From an uncultured Acidobacteriota bacterium (lineage in GTDB: Bacteria; Acidobacteriota; Vicinamibacteria; Fen-336): a DNA stretch of 64,000 bases. The stretch spans positions 224,001 to 288,000 of the forward strand of contig OY970399.1 of NCBI GenBank assembly GCA_963720545.1, read 5' to 3'. The notes under the pieces are model-generated. The model had not been told where the DNA came from. It searched no databases and was given only the letters and a program-made list of their open reading frames with translations. The position numbers and the translations under genes are program-made. Position 1 is the stretch's first letter; each line of letters begins with the position of its first letter. Shown here in pieces: positions 52,781-61,536 of this stretch.

Positions 52781-53557
52781 ATGATCGTCCAGTTCGTCCG
52801 CGGCGTCCGCAGCCTGCTCGCGGTGCTTGGCGTGGCCTTCCTGTTCGCGGTGCCCGGCACGCTCGTGATGTACCTGTACGTGTTGCCGCTATCCCTGTCG
52901 CGCAAGCGGCGTTTCGCGGTCGGCTCCTGGTTCCTCAAATGGATGGCGCACTGGATCCTGCGCATCCTCGGCTGGGGCGGCGCCCGTTTCGAGCGCCGTG
53001 GTGTCCTGCCAACCACCGAGCCGAGTTACGTGGTGATGAACCACCAGTCGCAGCTCGACATCTGCACCGCGGCCGAGATGGGCGAGCCGTACACGCCGAT
53101 CTTCGTGCCGCGCGCCCGCTACGCGCGCTTCATCCCGCTCATCTCCAAGACCATCCGCATGATCGGCTGCCCGATCGTCGACCCGCAGCGCGACGTGCGC
53201 GGCGCCTTGCGCGCGATGAAAAAGGCGGCGGTCGAGCTGCGCGGCGCGTTGCTGGTGTTTCCCGAGGGGCACCGCAGCCGCGACGGCGAGGTGCTGCCGT
53301 TTCGCGCCCGCGGCATGGTGTCGCTGCTGCAGACGCGACGCCTGCCGGTTTACGTGATCGCGAACGATGGCCTGTGGCGCGCGCGCCGCTTCGTGGACGT
53401 GCTGTTCCACGGCGCCGCGCTGCACGGCGAGACCGAACTGCTCGGCCCCTTCCTGCCGCCCGAGGACGACGCCGCGCTCGACGCGTTCGTCGCGACGCTG
53501 CGCGAGCAGCTGGTGGCGAGCGTCCTCGCGATGCGCACGCGCCGGCGCGCGGCGTGA
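52781..53557 (+). CDS. PlsC-family (lysophospholipid) acyltransferase
   Basis: HX4D motif NHQSQLD, FPEGHRS, N-terminal TM helix. Confidence 0.88.
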   Translation: MIVQFVRGVRSLLAVLGVAFLFAVPGTLVMYLYVLPLSLSRKRRFAVGSWFLKWMAHWILRILGWGGARFERRGVLPTTEPSYVVMNHQSQLDICTAAEMGEPYTPIFVPRARYARFIPLISKTIRMIGCPIVDPQRDVRGALRAMKKAAVELRGALLVFPEGHRSRDGEVLPFRARGMVSLLQTRRLPVYVIANDGLWRARRFVDVLFHGAALHGETELLGPFLPPEDDAALDAFVATLREQLVASVLAMRTRRRAA

Positions 53558-54537
53558 AGCTCGGCGACGCGGTCCGCGCGCACGTCACGGACACTGCCGG
53601 CCTCGACCCGGTTGCGGCGCGGCTCGCCGCGCTTTGCGCCGAGAGCGGCGGCGACGCCGTCAGCGCGGTGCTCTTCTACGGCTCGCGCAAGACCGGTGCC
53701 GCGCCCGACCCGTGGAGCGCCTACGACTTCTTCGTGCTCACGAGCGACGACCGGGCCTTCTATCGCGAAATGAAGGCACGCGGCCAGCTGCGCCGCTCGC
53801 CCGGCCTGGTCGCAGCCCTGAACGGCATGCTGCCCCCGAACCAGGTCTCGGTGCGCGACGGCGGCGGCGGCGCGGCACCCTTCGCCAAGTGCTCGGTGAT
53901 CCGGCTCGACACTCTCGAAGAGGAAACCTCCCCGCGACGGCGCGACCATTTCTGCGCCGGGCGCTTGTTCCAGCCCACGACCCTCGCGTTCGCGCGCGAC
54001 GCCACCGCCGCGGCGCGGGTGGCCGAGTGCGCCGTAGCCGCGCACCGCGCCACCTGGGAGTGGGTGCGGCCGTGGCTGCCGCCCGCCTTCGACGCGCGCG
54101 AGTACTGCCTCACGGCGCTGCGGGTGTCGCTCGGCCGCGAGATCCGGCCCGAGCCCTCGGGGCGCGCCGATGCGCTGTTCGCCGCACAGCGCGACTACCT
54201 GGTGCCCGTTTACCAGTCGCTCCTCGAAGAACTCGCAGCGAGCGGCGCTCTGGCGCCGGCGGGTGAGGGCCGGTTCGCGGCGACATCACCGGTTGAGCGC
54301 AGCGAACGCCGCCGGATCGAGGCATACTTTCGCCGGTCGAAGGCCCGCGCCACCACGCGCTGGTTCAAGTACATGTTCACGTTCGACGACTGGCTGGAGT
54401 ACATCGTGAGGAAGGCCGAGCGGCACGGCGGCGAAAAAGTCGAGCTGAGCGCACGCGAGCGGCGCTGGCCGCTCGTGTTCCTGTGGCCGCGTGTCTTCGA
54501 CTATCTGAAGCACAAGGATCGGCGGAAGCGCCCGTGA
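53554..54537 (+). CDS. Pol-beta-fold nucleotidyltransferase, putative lipid-phosphate cytidylyltransferase (Tam41/CpgC-like)
   Basis: VLFYGS...AYDFFVL NTase signature, LPPNQ, AGRLFQP, FTFDDWLEYI.RKAERH; GTG overlaps the plsC stop. Confidence 0.65.
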   Translation: MKLGDAVRAHVTDTAGLDPVAARLAALCAESGGDAVSAVLFYGSRKTGAAPDPWSAYDFFVLTSDDRAFYREMKARGQLRRSPGLVAALNGMLPPNQVSVRDGGGGAAPFAKCSVIRLDTLEEETSPRRRDHFCAGRLFQPTTLAFARDATAAARVAECAVAAHRATWEWVRPWLPPAFDAREYCLTALRVSLGREIRPEPSGRADALFAAQRDYLVPVYQSLLEELAASGALAPAGEGRFAATSPVERSERRRIEAYFRRSKARATTRWFKYMFTFDDWLEYIVRKAERHGGEKVELSARERRWPLVFLWPRVFDYLKHKDRRKRP

Positions 54538-55277
54538 CCGGAAGTCTCGCGGCACTCCTCGCGATCCTGGCAGGGCTGTTCGTCTCGATGGCCGTGTACG
54601 CCGCCGCGGGCCGCAGGCCCGACCCCGACGCCAGCCGCAAGGGCACGCAGTTTTTGCTCGGCGCGGGCAACTTCATCGTCCACTGGTTCATGTGGCTCAT
54701 CATGCCCATCGAGCGCCTGGCGCTCGCACTGGCGCTCGGGCCGACCTTCTTCAACTTCGCCGGCCTCGCCTTTGGCGCGCTTTCCGGTGTGCTGCTTGCG
54801 ACCGGGCGGCTGGAAGCGGGCGGCTGGGCGATCGCCGCCGGCGGCGTCTGCGACATCCTCGACGGCCGCATCGCGCGCGCCCGCAACATCGCCTCGCCGT
54901 TCGGCAAGTTCCTCGACGCCTGCTTCGACCGCTTCGTCGAGAGCTTCGCGTTCCTCGGCCTCGTCTGGTACTACGCCGGCCGGCCGCACGCCGCCTTCGC
55001 GGCCGCGGCCGCCATCTGCGGCTCGCTGCTGGTGAGCTACGCGCAGGCGCGCGGCGAGACGGTGAACGTCTCGGGCTCGGGCGGCCTGATGCAGCGCGGC
55101 GAGCGCCTCGCCCTCACGTGCTTCGCATGCCTCTTCGACCGGCCACTCAGCGCCTGGCTCAGCCAGCCAACAGGCACGGTGCTCTACTGGGTTCTGGTCG
55201 TGATCGCCGCTGGCTCCTTCGCAACCGCCGCGTACCGCACCGCGTGGCTCGCCCGCGAACTGCAGCGGCGGGAATAG
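54534..55277 (+). CDS. CDP-alcohol phosphatidyltransferase
   Basis: Canonical DILDGRIAR..SPFGKFLDACFDR; SYAQARGE, GLMQRGER (PgsA/PIP-synthase-like). Confidence 0.9.
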   Translation: MTGSLAALLAILAGLFVSMAVYAAAGRRPDPDASRKGTQFLLGAGNFIVHWFMWLIMPIERLALALALGPTFFNFAGLAFGALSGVLLATGRLEAGGWAIAAGGVCDILDGRIARARNIASPFGKFLDACFDRFVESFAFLGLVWYYAGRPHAAFAAAAAICGSLLVSYAQARGETVNVSGSGGLMQRGERLALTCFACLFDRPLSAWLSQPTGTVLYWVLVVIAAGSFATAAYRTAWLARELQRRE

Positions 55278-55282
55278 CCAGA

Positions 55283-56275
55283 ATGGCAGGGGCAGGCTTG
55301 CTGTTGTCGTTACTGCTCTCCGGGGCAGGCGAGGCTGGCGACGAAACCGCGCGCAAGACGGCTTACGCCGACCGGGCGCTGGCGGCAAGTGCGTACCCGC
55401 AGGCTATCGAAGCGCTCGAATGGCTCGACAAGCGTGCGAAGGGCACGAACGTCGCCGTGCGCCTCAAGCTGGCGAGCGCATACCTTGGCGCCGAAAAGTT
55501 CGAGCGCGCCGACAAGCTGGCAGGCTGGGTGCAGCAGAACGCGACCGACGACCACCTGCGGGCCCAGGCCTGGCTCGTCTCCGGCATGGCCCTCGGCGGC
55601 ACCTTGTCGTCCGAGAAGAGCCGCAGCGCGGCGGAAGCGGCGTTCCGCGCCGCGATCGCGGCCGATCCGGCGTACGGTGCCGCGCACTATCGCCTGGCGC
55701 AGGTGCTGTTCGCTGCGAGCCGGAACGACGACGGCTTGAAGAGCCTGCAGGACGCGGTGGACGTGCTGCCCGCCGGCCACGCGCTCGCCACCGCCTCACA
55801 TCGGGTCCTCGACAAGCCGCGCCTCGCGGGCAGGAACTTGCTGCCGGCGTTCACGGCCACGACTCTCGACGGCGGAACGTTCAGTTCCAGCGCCCTCGAC
55901 GGCAAGGTCGTGGTGCTCGATTTCTGGGCCACCTGGTGCGGGCCATGCGTGAAAGCGCTCCCGACGGTCAAGAGGCTGGCACGCGCCCATGCAGCGGACG
56001 ACATGGTCCTCATCAGCGTGAGCGTCGACGGTGACGTCAAGAAGGCGCGCAAGTTCGCAGCGAAGAACGGGATGGACTGGCCGCAGCTCTGGGAACACGG
56101 CGAGCAAGGCCACCTGGCGCGGGCGTTCGCGATCGAGGCGATCCCGACTTATGTCTTCATCGATCGTGACGGTGTCATTGTGTCGAAGTTCACCGGACCC
56201 GACGACGAAACCGCGCTGCGCAGCCAGCTCGATCGCCTTCTGGCGCTCCTGCTGAAGCGGGAGCCGGTGCAATAA
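55283..56275 (+). CDS. Exported TPR-containing TlpA/ResA-like thioredoxin
   Basis: Signal peptide, TPR-like helices, DFWATWCGPC, IPT cis-Pro loop. Confidence 0.88.
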   Translation: MAGAGLLLSLLLSGAGEAGDETARKTAYADRALAASAYPQAIEALEWLDKRAKGTNVAVRLKLASAYLGAEKFERADKLAGWVQQNATDDHLRAQAWLVSGMALGGTLSSEKSRSAAEAAFRAAIAADPAYGAAHYRLAQVLFAASRNDDGLKSLQDAVDVLPAGHALATASHRVLDKPRLAGRNLLPAFTATTLDGGTFSSSALDGKVVVLDFWATWCGPCVKALPTVKRLARAHAADDMVLISVSVDGDVKKARKFAAKNGMDWPQLWEHGEQGHLARAFAIEAIPTYVFIDRDGVIVSKFTGPDDETALRSQLDRLLALLLKREPVQ

Positions 56276-56288
56276 GCGAGTCGGTTAG

Positions 56289-56438
56289 TTGCACGCCTAT
56301 CCGACCTACATGGTCCTCGACCGTGACGGCGGCATCGCCGCGAATCTCTCCGGCCTGGACGAGCAGCGCTCGTTGCGCGCCCGGCTCGCACCGATCCTGG
56401 CACCGCTGCTTCAGGAGGAAGCTGAACCAGAGCCCTGA
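56289..56438 (+). pseudogene. Remnant: diverged copy of the TlpA C-terminus
   Basis: Translates to LHAYPTYMVLDRDGGIAANLSGLDEQRSLRARLAPILAPLLQEEAEPEP*, which aligns with the upstream AIPTYVFIDRDGVIVSKFTGPDDETALRSQLDRLLALLLKREPVQ*; in-frame TAG immediately upstream, no CxxC. Confidence 0.75.
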
Positions 56439-56487
56439 GGCGTCTGCGCGAGCGGAAGCAAACGAGGCCATCGGCTAGGATTGGCGG

Positions 56488-57807
56488 ATGACAAATGGCA
56501 GGAAAGTGGTCGTCCTGGGGCTCGATGGAGTGCCTTACACGCTGATAGAGAAGTTCTGTGCGGAAGGCGTCATGCCGCGCTTCGCGCAGCTGCTGGCCGA
56601 GGGCCAGGCGGCGCCCATGGATACGGTGATGCCGGAAATCTCGTCGACCGCGTGGGCGAGCTTCATGACCGGCACCAACCCCGGCCGGCATGCCGTCTAC
56701 GGCTTCATGGACCTCGATCCCAAGGCCTACAAGCTGCAGTTCAGCAACTTCAACTCTGTCAAGGCGCCGACCATGTGGGACTACATGAGCCGCGCCGGGC
56801 GCAAGTCGGTGGTGCTCAACATCCCCTCGACCTATCCGGCGCGCGACCTGCTCGGCGTGCTGGTGTCGGGGTTCGTCGCCATCGACCTGAAGCGCGCCAC
56901 CTTTCCGAGCCGGGTTGTGCCTTATCTCGAGAACCTCGGCTACAAGCTCGACGTCGACGCCACCACCTTCAAGACCTCGGTCGACGCCTTCATCGCCGAG
57001 CTGTGGGACGCGCTCGAGAAGCGCGAGCAGGCGCTCGAGCACCTGTTCGACACCGAGGAGTGGGAGCTCTACATCGGCGTCGTCACCGAAACCGACCGGC
57101 TGCATCACTATCTGTGGGCGGCGATCGCGTCCGAGGACCATCCGCTGCACGCCTTTTTCAGGGACTACTACCGCAAGGTGGACAAGTTCATCGGCCGCAT
57201 CCGCGACCGGGTGGGCGCCGACACGCTGTTCATGATCATGTCCGACCACGGCTTCTGCGAGATCCAGAAGGAGATCTACCTCAACAACTGGCTGCGCGAG
57301 GAGGGCTACCTGCAGTTCGAGCAGACGCCGCCGAAGGGCCACCAGGACATCGCCGCGACCAGCCGCGCCTTCAACCTCGACCCGGCGCGCATCTACATCC
57401 ACCGCCAGGACGCGTATGCAAAGGGCCCGGTGGCGGCGGGGGACGTGCAAGGACTGATCGACGAGATCGCGGACAAGGCGCGCGCTCTGCAGGTGGACGG
57501 CAGGCCGGTGATCGACCGCATCTACCGCCGTGACGAGCTCTACAGCGGCAATTTCCTCGCCACGGCCCCCGACTTGGTGTTCGTGCCGCACCGCGGCTTC
57601 GACCTCAAGGGCACGCTGTCGCAGCAAACGACCGCCGGCCGCAGCGTGCTCACCGGCATGCACACCCAGGACGATGCGCTGCTGTACGTGAACCGCCCGG
57701 TGACGAAGGCGGGCAAGGCCAGCATCCTCGACCTTGCGCCCACCGTCCTGTCGTGGCTGGGGGTGACGCCGCCGAAGCCCCTCGACGGCGTCGATCTCGT
57801 CGGCTAG
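56488..57807 (+). CDS. Alkaline phosphatase superfamily, nucleotide pyrophosphatase/phosphodiesterase type
   Basis: GLDG, SSTAWASFMTGTNPGRH, DRLHH, SDHGF, GMH, DLAPT. Confidence 0.88.
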   Translation: MTNGRKVVVLGLDGVPYTLIEKFCAEGVMPRFAQLLAEGQAAPMDTVMPEISSTAWASFMTGTNPGRHAVYGFMDLDPKAYKLQFSNFNSVKAPTMWDYMSRAGRKSVVLNIPSTYPARDLLGVLVSGFVAIDLKRATFPSRVVPYLENLGYKLDVDATTFKTSVDAFIAELWDALEKREQALEHLFDTEEWELYIGVVTETDRLHHYLWAAIASEDHPLHAFFRDYYRKVDKFIGRIRDRVGADTLFMIMSDHGFCEIQKEIYLNNWLREEGYLQFEQTPPKGHQDIAATSRAFNLDPARIYIHRQDAYAKGPVAAGDVQGLIDEIADKARALQVDGRPVIDRIYRRDELYSGNFLATAPDLVFVPHRGFDLKGTLSQQTTAGRSVLTGMHTQDDALLYVNRPVTKAGKASILDLAPTVLSWLGVTPPKPLDGVDLVG

Positions 57808-59793
57808 CTAGCGGCGCCAGCCCGCGTTCAGGAGCCGGGTGCGCGCGTCGCCGATGACGCCGTTCAGCGCGGCGTTGTCGATGTCGATCGGGTAGAGCTC
57901 CAGGAAGCGCGCGCCGTTGCGGATGCCGCGGTCGAGCGCGTCGCGCAGCACCGTCGGCGCCTGGCTGGCGCCGTACGGGTGGCCGCCGTTCATGCGGCCG
58001 GTCGGGTCGTTGCTGACCGACCAGAGCATCTGATAGCCGGCGTCCACCTGCGCCGCGGCCGCCGCCACGTCGAGCGAATGCCAGGTGGTGGAAAGCCCGT
58101 TGTTCTGCGCCATGAACTGGTTGACGCGGACGTTGGCCGCGCCGCCCTGGTCCGGCCCGTACACGTCCTTGCCATAGGCGACGATCTGGTCGGCGATGAT
58201 GCCGTCACCGCCGCTCGAGCTCTGGAAGACGTTGCCGTCGTCGTCGATCGCCGGGAAGTGATTCGGGCCCAGAGCAATCGTCACCTTCTGGAACGGGAAC
58301 GAGTCGGAGAAGGCGCGCATGAGCTGCTGCCAGGCGCCGCGCACCTTGGCGCGCGTGTAGCCGTCGCGGGCGCCGCCGGCATCGCGCACGTCGAGCCAGT
58401 TGTTGACGTCGGGGTCGTCGAAGGGCAGGCCGGCTTCCGCCGACTTGTGCTGGATGCCGGTCACCTTCACCTGCACCAGCGCCTCGCGTGAGGAGTAGCG
58501 GCGGCCGGCCGCTGCGATCAGCGCCTTCCAGCGGTCGAGGTAGACGGGATCCCAGGGCACCGGGATCCTGACGGTTTCGTTGCCGTCGCGGAACGTGAAC
58601 TCGACGGCGCCGTCCGCGAACACCCAGTTGGGCGTTGACACGCCCGCGGAGATGCACAGCGAGACGCGCTTGCCCGCGGCTTCGGCGCGCGCGAAATGGT
58701 CGTCGAGCATGGTCCAGTCGTAGCTGCCGCGCTGCGGCTCGAGCGTGCTCCAGCGGACCCGCAGGCTGACGCCGTCGACGCGCGGGCTGGCGAGCGAGGT
58801 GTCGGACAGCCAGCCGTCGTTGTCGGACAGCGAGTAGATCCCGTTCGGCTGGCGGAACGAGGGCGCCGCGGCCAGGGTCGCCCAGGTGTTCACCACCTCG
58901 GTGCCGCCGTCGGGATCGGTGATCGTCATGGTGATGTTCTTGCGGCCGGGAGCGACCCCCGCGGCGTACGTGTGGGTCGGGCTGAGGCCCGACTGCGGCT
59001 CGGTGCCGTCACCGAAGTTCCACGAAACGTCGAGGTGGGCGAGGTCGGCCGGGCTGGCATCGTCGATGGTGCCGAGCACCTGCATCGGCCGGCCGTTGGC
59101 GGCGACGTACGGCCCGCCGGCGTGGCCGGTGGGCGCCTCGTTGCCGACGTGGATCGAGCGTGTGATCCGGGTCGTGGCGCCGTCCTTGTCGGTCACGTCC
59201 ATCGCGACCGTGTAGGTGCCGCTGTCGGTTGGCGTGAAGATGAAGCGCGGCGAGGTGCTGCCGGCGCGGCCGGTGCTGCTCGGACCGCCGAGCACCACCC
59301 AGTCGCGGCGCAGGTGGCCGCGGTCGTCGCGGCCCGCATCGCTGACAGTGCTGTTGACCGTGATCTCGACGCCCTCGGCGCTCTGCGCGGGTGCGCCCGT
59401 GATGTTGCCCCCGGGTGCGACGTTCTGGATGGTGATGGTGCGCGGCGCGCTTTCGACACGGCGCACCTGGCTGCCGTTGCGCAGCTCGGTGACCCGGAAT
59501 CCCACGGGGTAGTTGCCGTTGTCGAAGAACAGGTTGGCAGGCTCGAGGCTGCGCTTTTCCCAGCCGCCTCCTTGGCCGAAGTTCCACTCGTACACGTAGG
59601 TGTAGTCCCTGCGCTTGCCGTCGACGGTTGCGGTGAAGACCGGGGAGGAGCCCTCACGATAAGGCGCCTGGGTCCGGATCGTGAACGACGCGGTCAGCGC
59701 CGGGTCGGCAGCGGCAGCCGGCACGGAAATGAATGTGGCGCTTGCGAGGAGGCAGACAAAGCACGACAGCATCAGCGAGGAGGGAAGTTTCAC
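57808..59793 (-). CDS. Secreted PKD-domain + TIM-barrel glycoside hydrolase (GH-A clan-like)
   Basis: Signal peptide; PKD motifs (WNFGQG, WNFGDGT..HTY, VTDKDG); catalytic-like domain RWSTLEP..GSYDW, PVPWDP. Confidence 0.72.
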   Translation of the reverse strand: MKLPSSLMLSCFVCLLASATFISVPAAAADPALTASFTIRTQAPYREGSSPVFTATVDGKRRDYTYVYEWNFGQGGGWEKRSLEPANLFFDNGNYPVGFRVTELRNGSQVRRVESAPRTITIQNVAPGGNITGAPAQSAEGVEITVNSTVSDAGRDDRGHLRRDWVVLGGPSSTGRAGSTSPRFIFTPTDSGTYTVAMDVTDKDGATTRITRSIHVGNEAPTGHAGGPYVAANGRPMQVLGTIDDASPADLAHLDVSWNFGDGTEPQSGLSPTHTYAAGVAPGRKNITMTITDPDGGTEVVNTWATLAAAPSFRQPNGIYSLSDNDGWLSDTSLASPRVDGVSLRVRWSTLEPQRGSYDWTMLDDHFARAEAAGKRVSLCISAGVSTPNWVFADGAVEFTFRDGNETVRIPVPWDPVYLDRWKALIAAAGRRYSSREALVQVKVTGIQHKSAEAGLPFDDPDVNNWLDVRDAGGARDGYTRAKVRGAWQQLMRAFSDSFPFQKVTIALGPNHFPAIDDDGNVFQSSSGGDGIIADQIVAYGKDVYGPDQGGAANVRVNQFMAQNNGLSTTWHSLDVAAAAAQVDAGYQMLWSVSNDPTGRMNGGHPYGASQAPTVLRDALDRGIRNGARFLELYPIDIDNAALNGVIGDARTRLLNAGWRR

Positions 59794-59915
59794 GGCACCA
59801 GCCAGAGGGAATTTTCGAGCACTAGGCGCCAGGCTCCGTTGCCGAAGCCCCGCCGGTACGACGGGAGAGAGAAGCGGAGCCTAGCGGCCTTCTGTTGCCT
59901 TGTTGGTGACCTGCC

Positions 59916-60335
59916 TCACTGGGCAGCGCACTCGAGTGATCTGGGATCGGGCAGCTCGGTGACGTCCACCACGTGAGCCAGCGAATCGCGGCCCCCGGCA
60001 TCATCGGTGATCGTCAACTGCACGTTGTACGAAGCGACGACGCAGCGCAGCCCCGTGTCAGGGAAGGTGTGGCGCACCGTGGCCCCGCCTTCGAGCGGAA
60101 CGGACCCGTCGCCGAAATCCCAGGTGTAGCGGGCGATGCTGCCATCGGGGTCGGTGCTGGCCGAGGCGTTGAACAGCACCGAGGTCTGGCCGGCGATGAT
60201 CGGCGCAACCGGATTCCAGACCCATTGCGCCTGCGGCAGGACGTTCGGATCGGGCTCGGCGGGCGTGCGGCGGTCGCAGCCCGGCTGGACGAGGGCGAGG
60301 CAGAGGATGAATGAAGCGGCGAATGTTTGTTTCAT
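59916..60335 (-). CDS. PKD-domain lipoprotein
   Basis: Lipobox-like QPGC; FNASASTDPDGSIARYTWDFGDG, LTITDDAG. Confidence 0.85.
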   Translation of the reverse strand: MKQTFAASFILCLALVQPGCDRRTPAEPDPNVLPQAQWVWNPVAPIIAGQTSVLFNASASTDPDGSIARYTWDFGDGSVPLEGGATVRHTFPDTGLRCVVASYNVQLTITDDAGGRDSLAHVVDVTELPDPRSLECAAQ

Positions 60336-60390
60336 GAAGCGCGTTGGGCGCAGTGTCCCTTCTACGGCTCGGCAAGTCAAGACCGGGAAA

Positions 60391-61461
60391 TCACTCCTGG
60401 GCCAGCATCGACGCGGCCGCGCTCATCACGGCGCGCAGCGACGGGTCCTCGATGTCGACCTTGTAGATTTCGAGGTAGCCCATCTTGTAGTCGAGCCCGC
60501 GGTTGACCGCCGAACCGAGCACCGCCGCCTTGTCATTCGGCCGCAGGCCGCACTGGTTCATCCGCTTCGGACCGTCCTGGACGTTCCACAGCATCTGCGC
60601 GCCGGCCTCCCCCGGGAACTGCAGCAACAGCGACCACTGGCCGTCGCCCTTGTCGGGCGGGAACGGCACGCAGCCGGAGAGGTTCTCGCGCCACACCCCG
60701 AACCGCCCGGGATAGGTGGCAGCGCCGTAGCGGGCGATCTCGCCGGCCACGTAGGTCGTGGACTTGCCGCTCACTTCCTTCTCGAACGGGATCGCCGCAA
60801 CCTCCGCCCAGTGGTGGGTGCGGGGCATCGAGGTGAGGAACGCGTCCACCACGGTCTGCATTGCGCTCAGCAGCTTTTCCGGAGTGTAGCCGGCACCCTT
60901 CCACGAGAAGCCGGTCTTGCCGAAGGCCTCGAGCGACCAGCCGTCGGTGACGCTTTCGGTGGAGCCGCGGGTGTAGGCGATCACGGGCTCGTCGGCGTAG
61001 CGCGCGCCGAAGGCACGGATGAAGCGGGTCCAGCGGTCGAGGAACACCGGATCCCAGGGAACCGGGATGGTGCCGTCCTTGGCGATGAAGGAGTTGGCGC
61101 CTTCGCCGTAGAGCCAGGCCGGGGTCCCGGCGATGTAGACCGAGATGCGCTTGCCGGCGGCGCGCGCGGCTCCTATCTGTGCGTCGAGATAGCCCCAGTC
61201 GTATTCGCCCGGCTTCACCTCGAGGGTCGCCCAGCGCGTGCGCACGGCGACGCCTGAGATGTCGGGGTTCTGCAGCAGGTCGTTGTCGGGCGCCCCGTCC
61301 ATCGCCTGCAGCGCGTAGATGCCCGTCGGGAAGGCGACCGCCGGCGCCGACGGTGTCGGGGTCGGCGTGGGGGTTGCTCCAGTCGGCCCACCGCCGCAAC
61401 CGGCCAGCAGGAGGCTCGACAAGATGGCCCCGCAGAGGGCGGGGGAACGGCCGGGGAACAT
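60391..61461 (-). CDS. Glycoside hydrolase-like lipoprotein (paralog of the 57808-59793 C-terminal domain)
   Basis: Lipobox LAGC, PT linker, RWATLEVKPGEYDW, PVPWDPVFLDRW, LEIYKVD. Confidence 0.72.
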   Translation of the reverse strand: MFPGRSPALCGAILSSLLLAGCGGGPTGATPTPTPTPSAPAVAFPTGIYALQAMDGAPDNDLLQNPDISGVAVRTRWATLEVKPGEYDWGYLDAQIGAARAAGKRISVYIAGTPAWLYGEGANSFIAKDGTIPVPWDPVFLDRWTRFIRAFGARYADEPVIAYTRGSTESVTDGWSLEAFGKTGFSWKGAGYTPEKLLSAMQTVVDAFLTSMPRTHHWAEVAAIPFEKEVSGKSTTYVAGEIARYGAATYPGRFGVWRENLSGCVPFPPDKGDGQWSLLLQFPGEAGAQMLWNVQDGPKRMNQCGLRPNDKAAVLGSAVNRGLDYKMGYLEIYKVDIEDPSLRAVMSAAASMLAQE

Positions 61462-61482
61462 GCAGACAGTGTACGGCACGTC

Positions 61483-61517
61483 GGGCCCTGGCTTCTGTGA
61501 GATTTGTGCCAGGGCCC
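61483..61517. terminator. GC-rich stem-loop between cysN and the GH lipoprotein gene (terminator or processing site)
   Basis: GGGCCCTGGC / GCCAGGGCCC perfect 10-bp inverted repeat, 15-nt loop; no clear U-tract on the minus strand. Confidence 0.35.
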
Positions 61518-61536
61518 CGGGCCGCGGTGGGCCTTT

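Noticed and set aside
52663..54537. 624-aa ORF suggesting a fusion ahead of the nucleotidyltransferase
   Set aside because: The first ~297 codons overlap the kinase end and plsC in another frame; the real start is most likely GTG 53554. Similar over-extended starts affect accA, tolA, DUF420, TlpA and the cupredoxin-like gene.
59794..59915. Possible riboswitch or ncRNA upstream of the PKD-GH gene (AGGCTCCG/CGGAGCCT stem)
   Set aside because: Only an 8-bp stem and no recognisable aptamer consensus; an Rfam/Infernal search would be needed.
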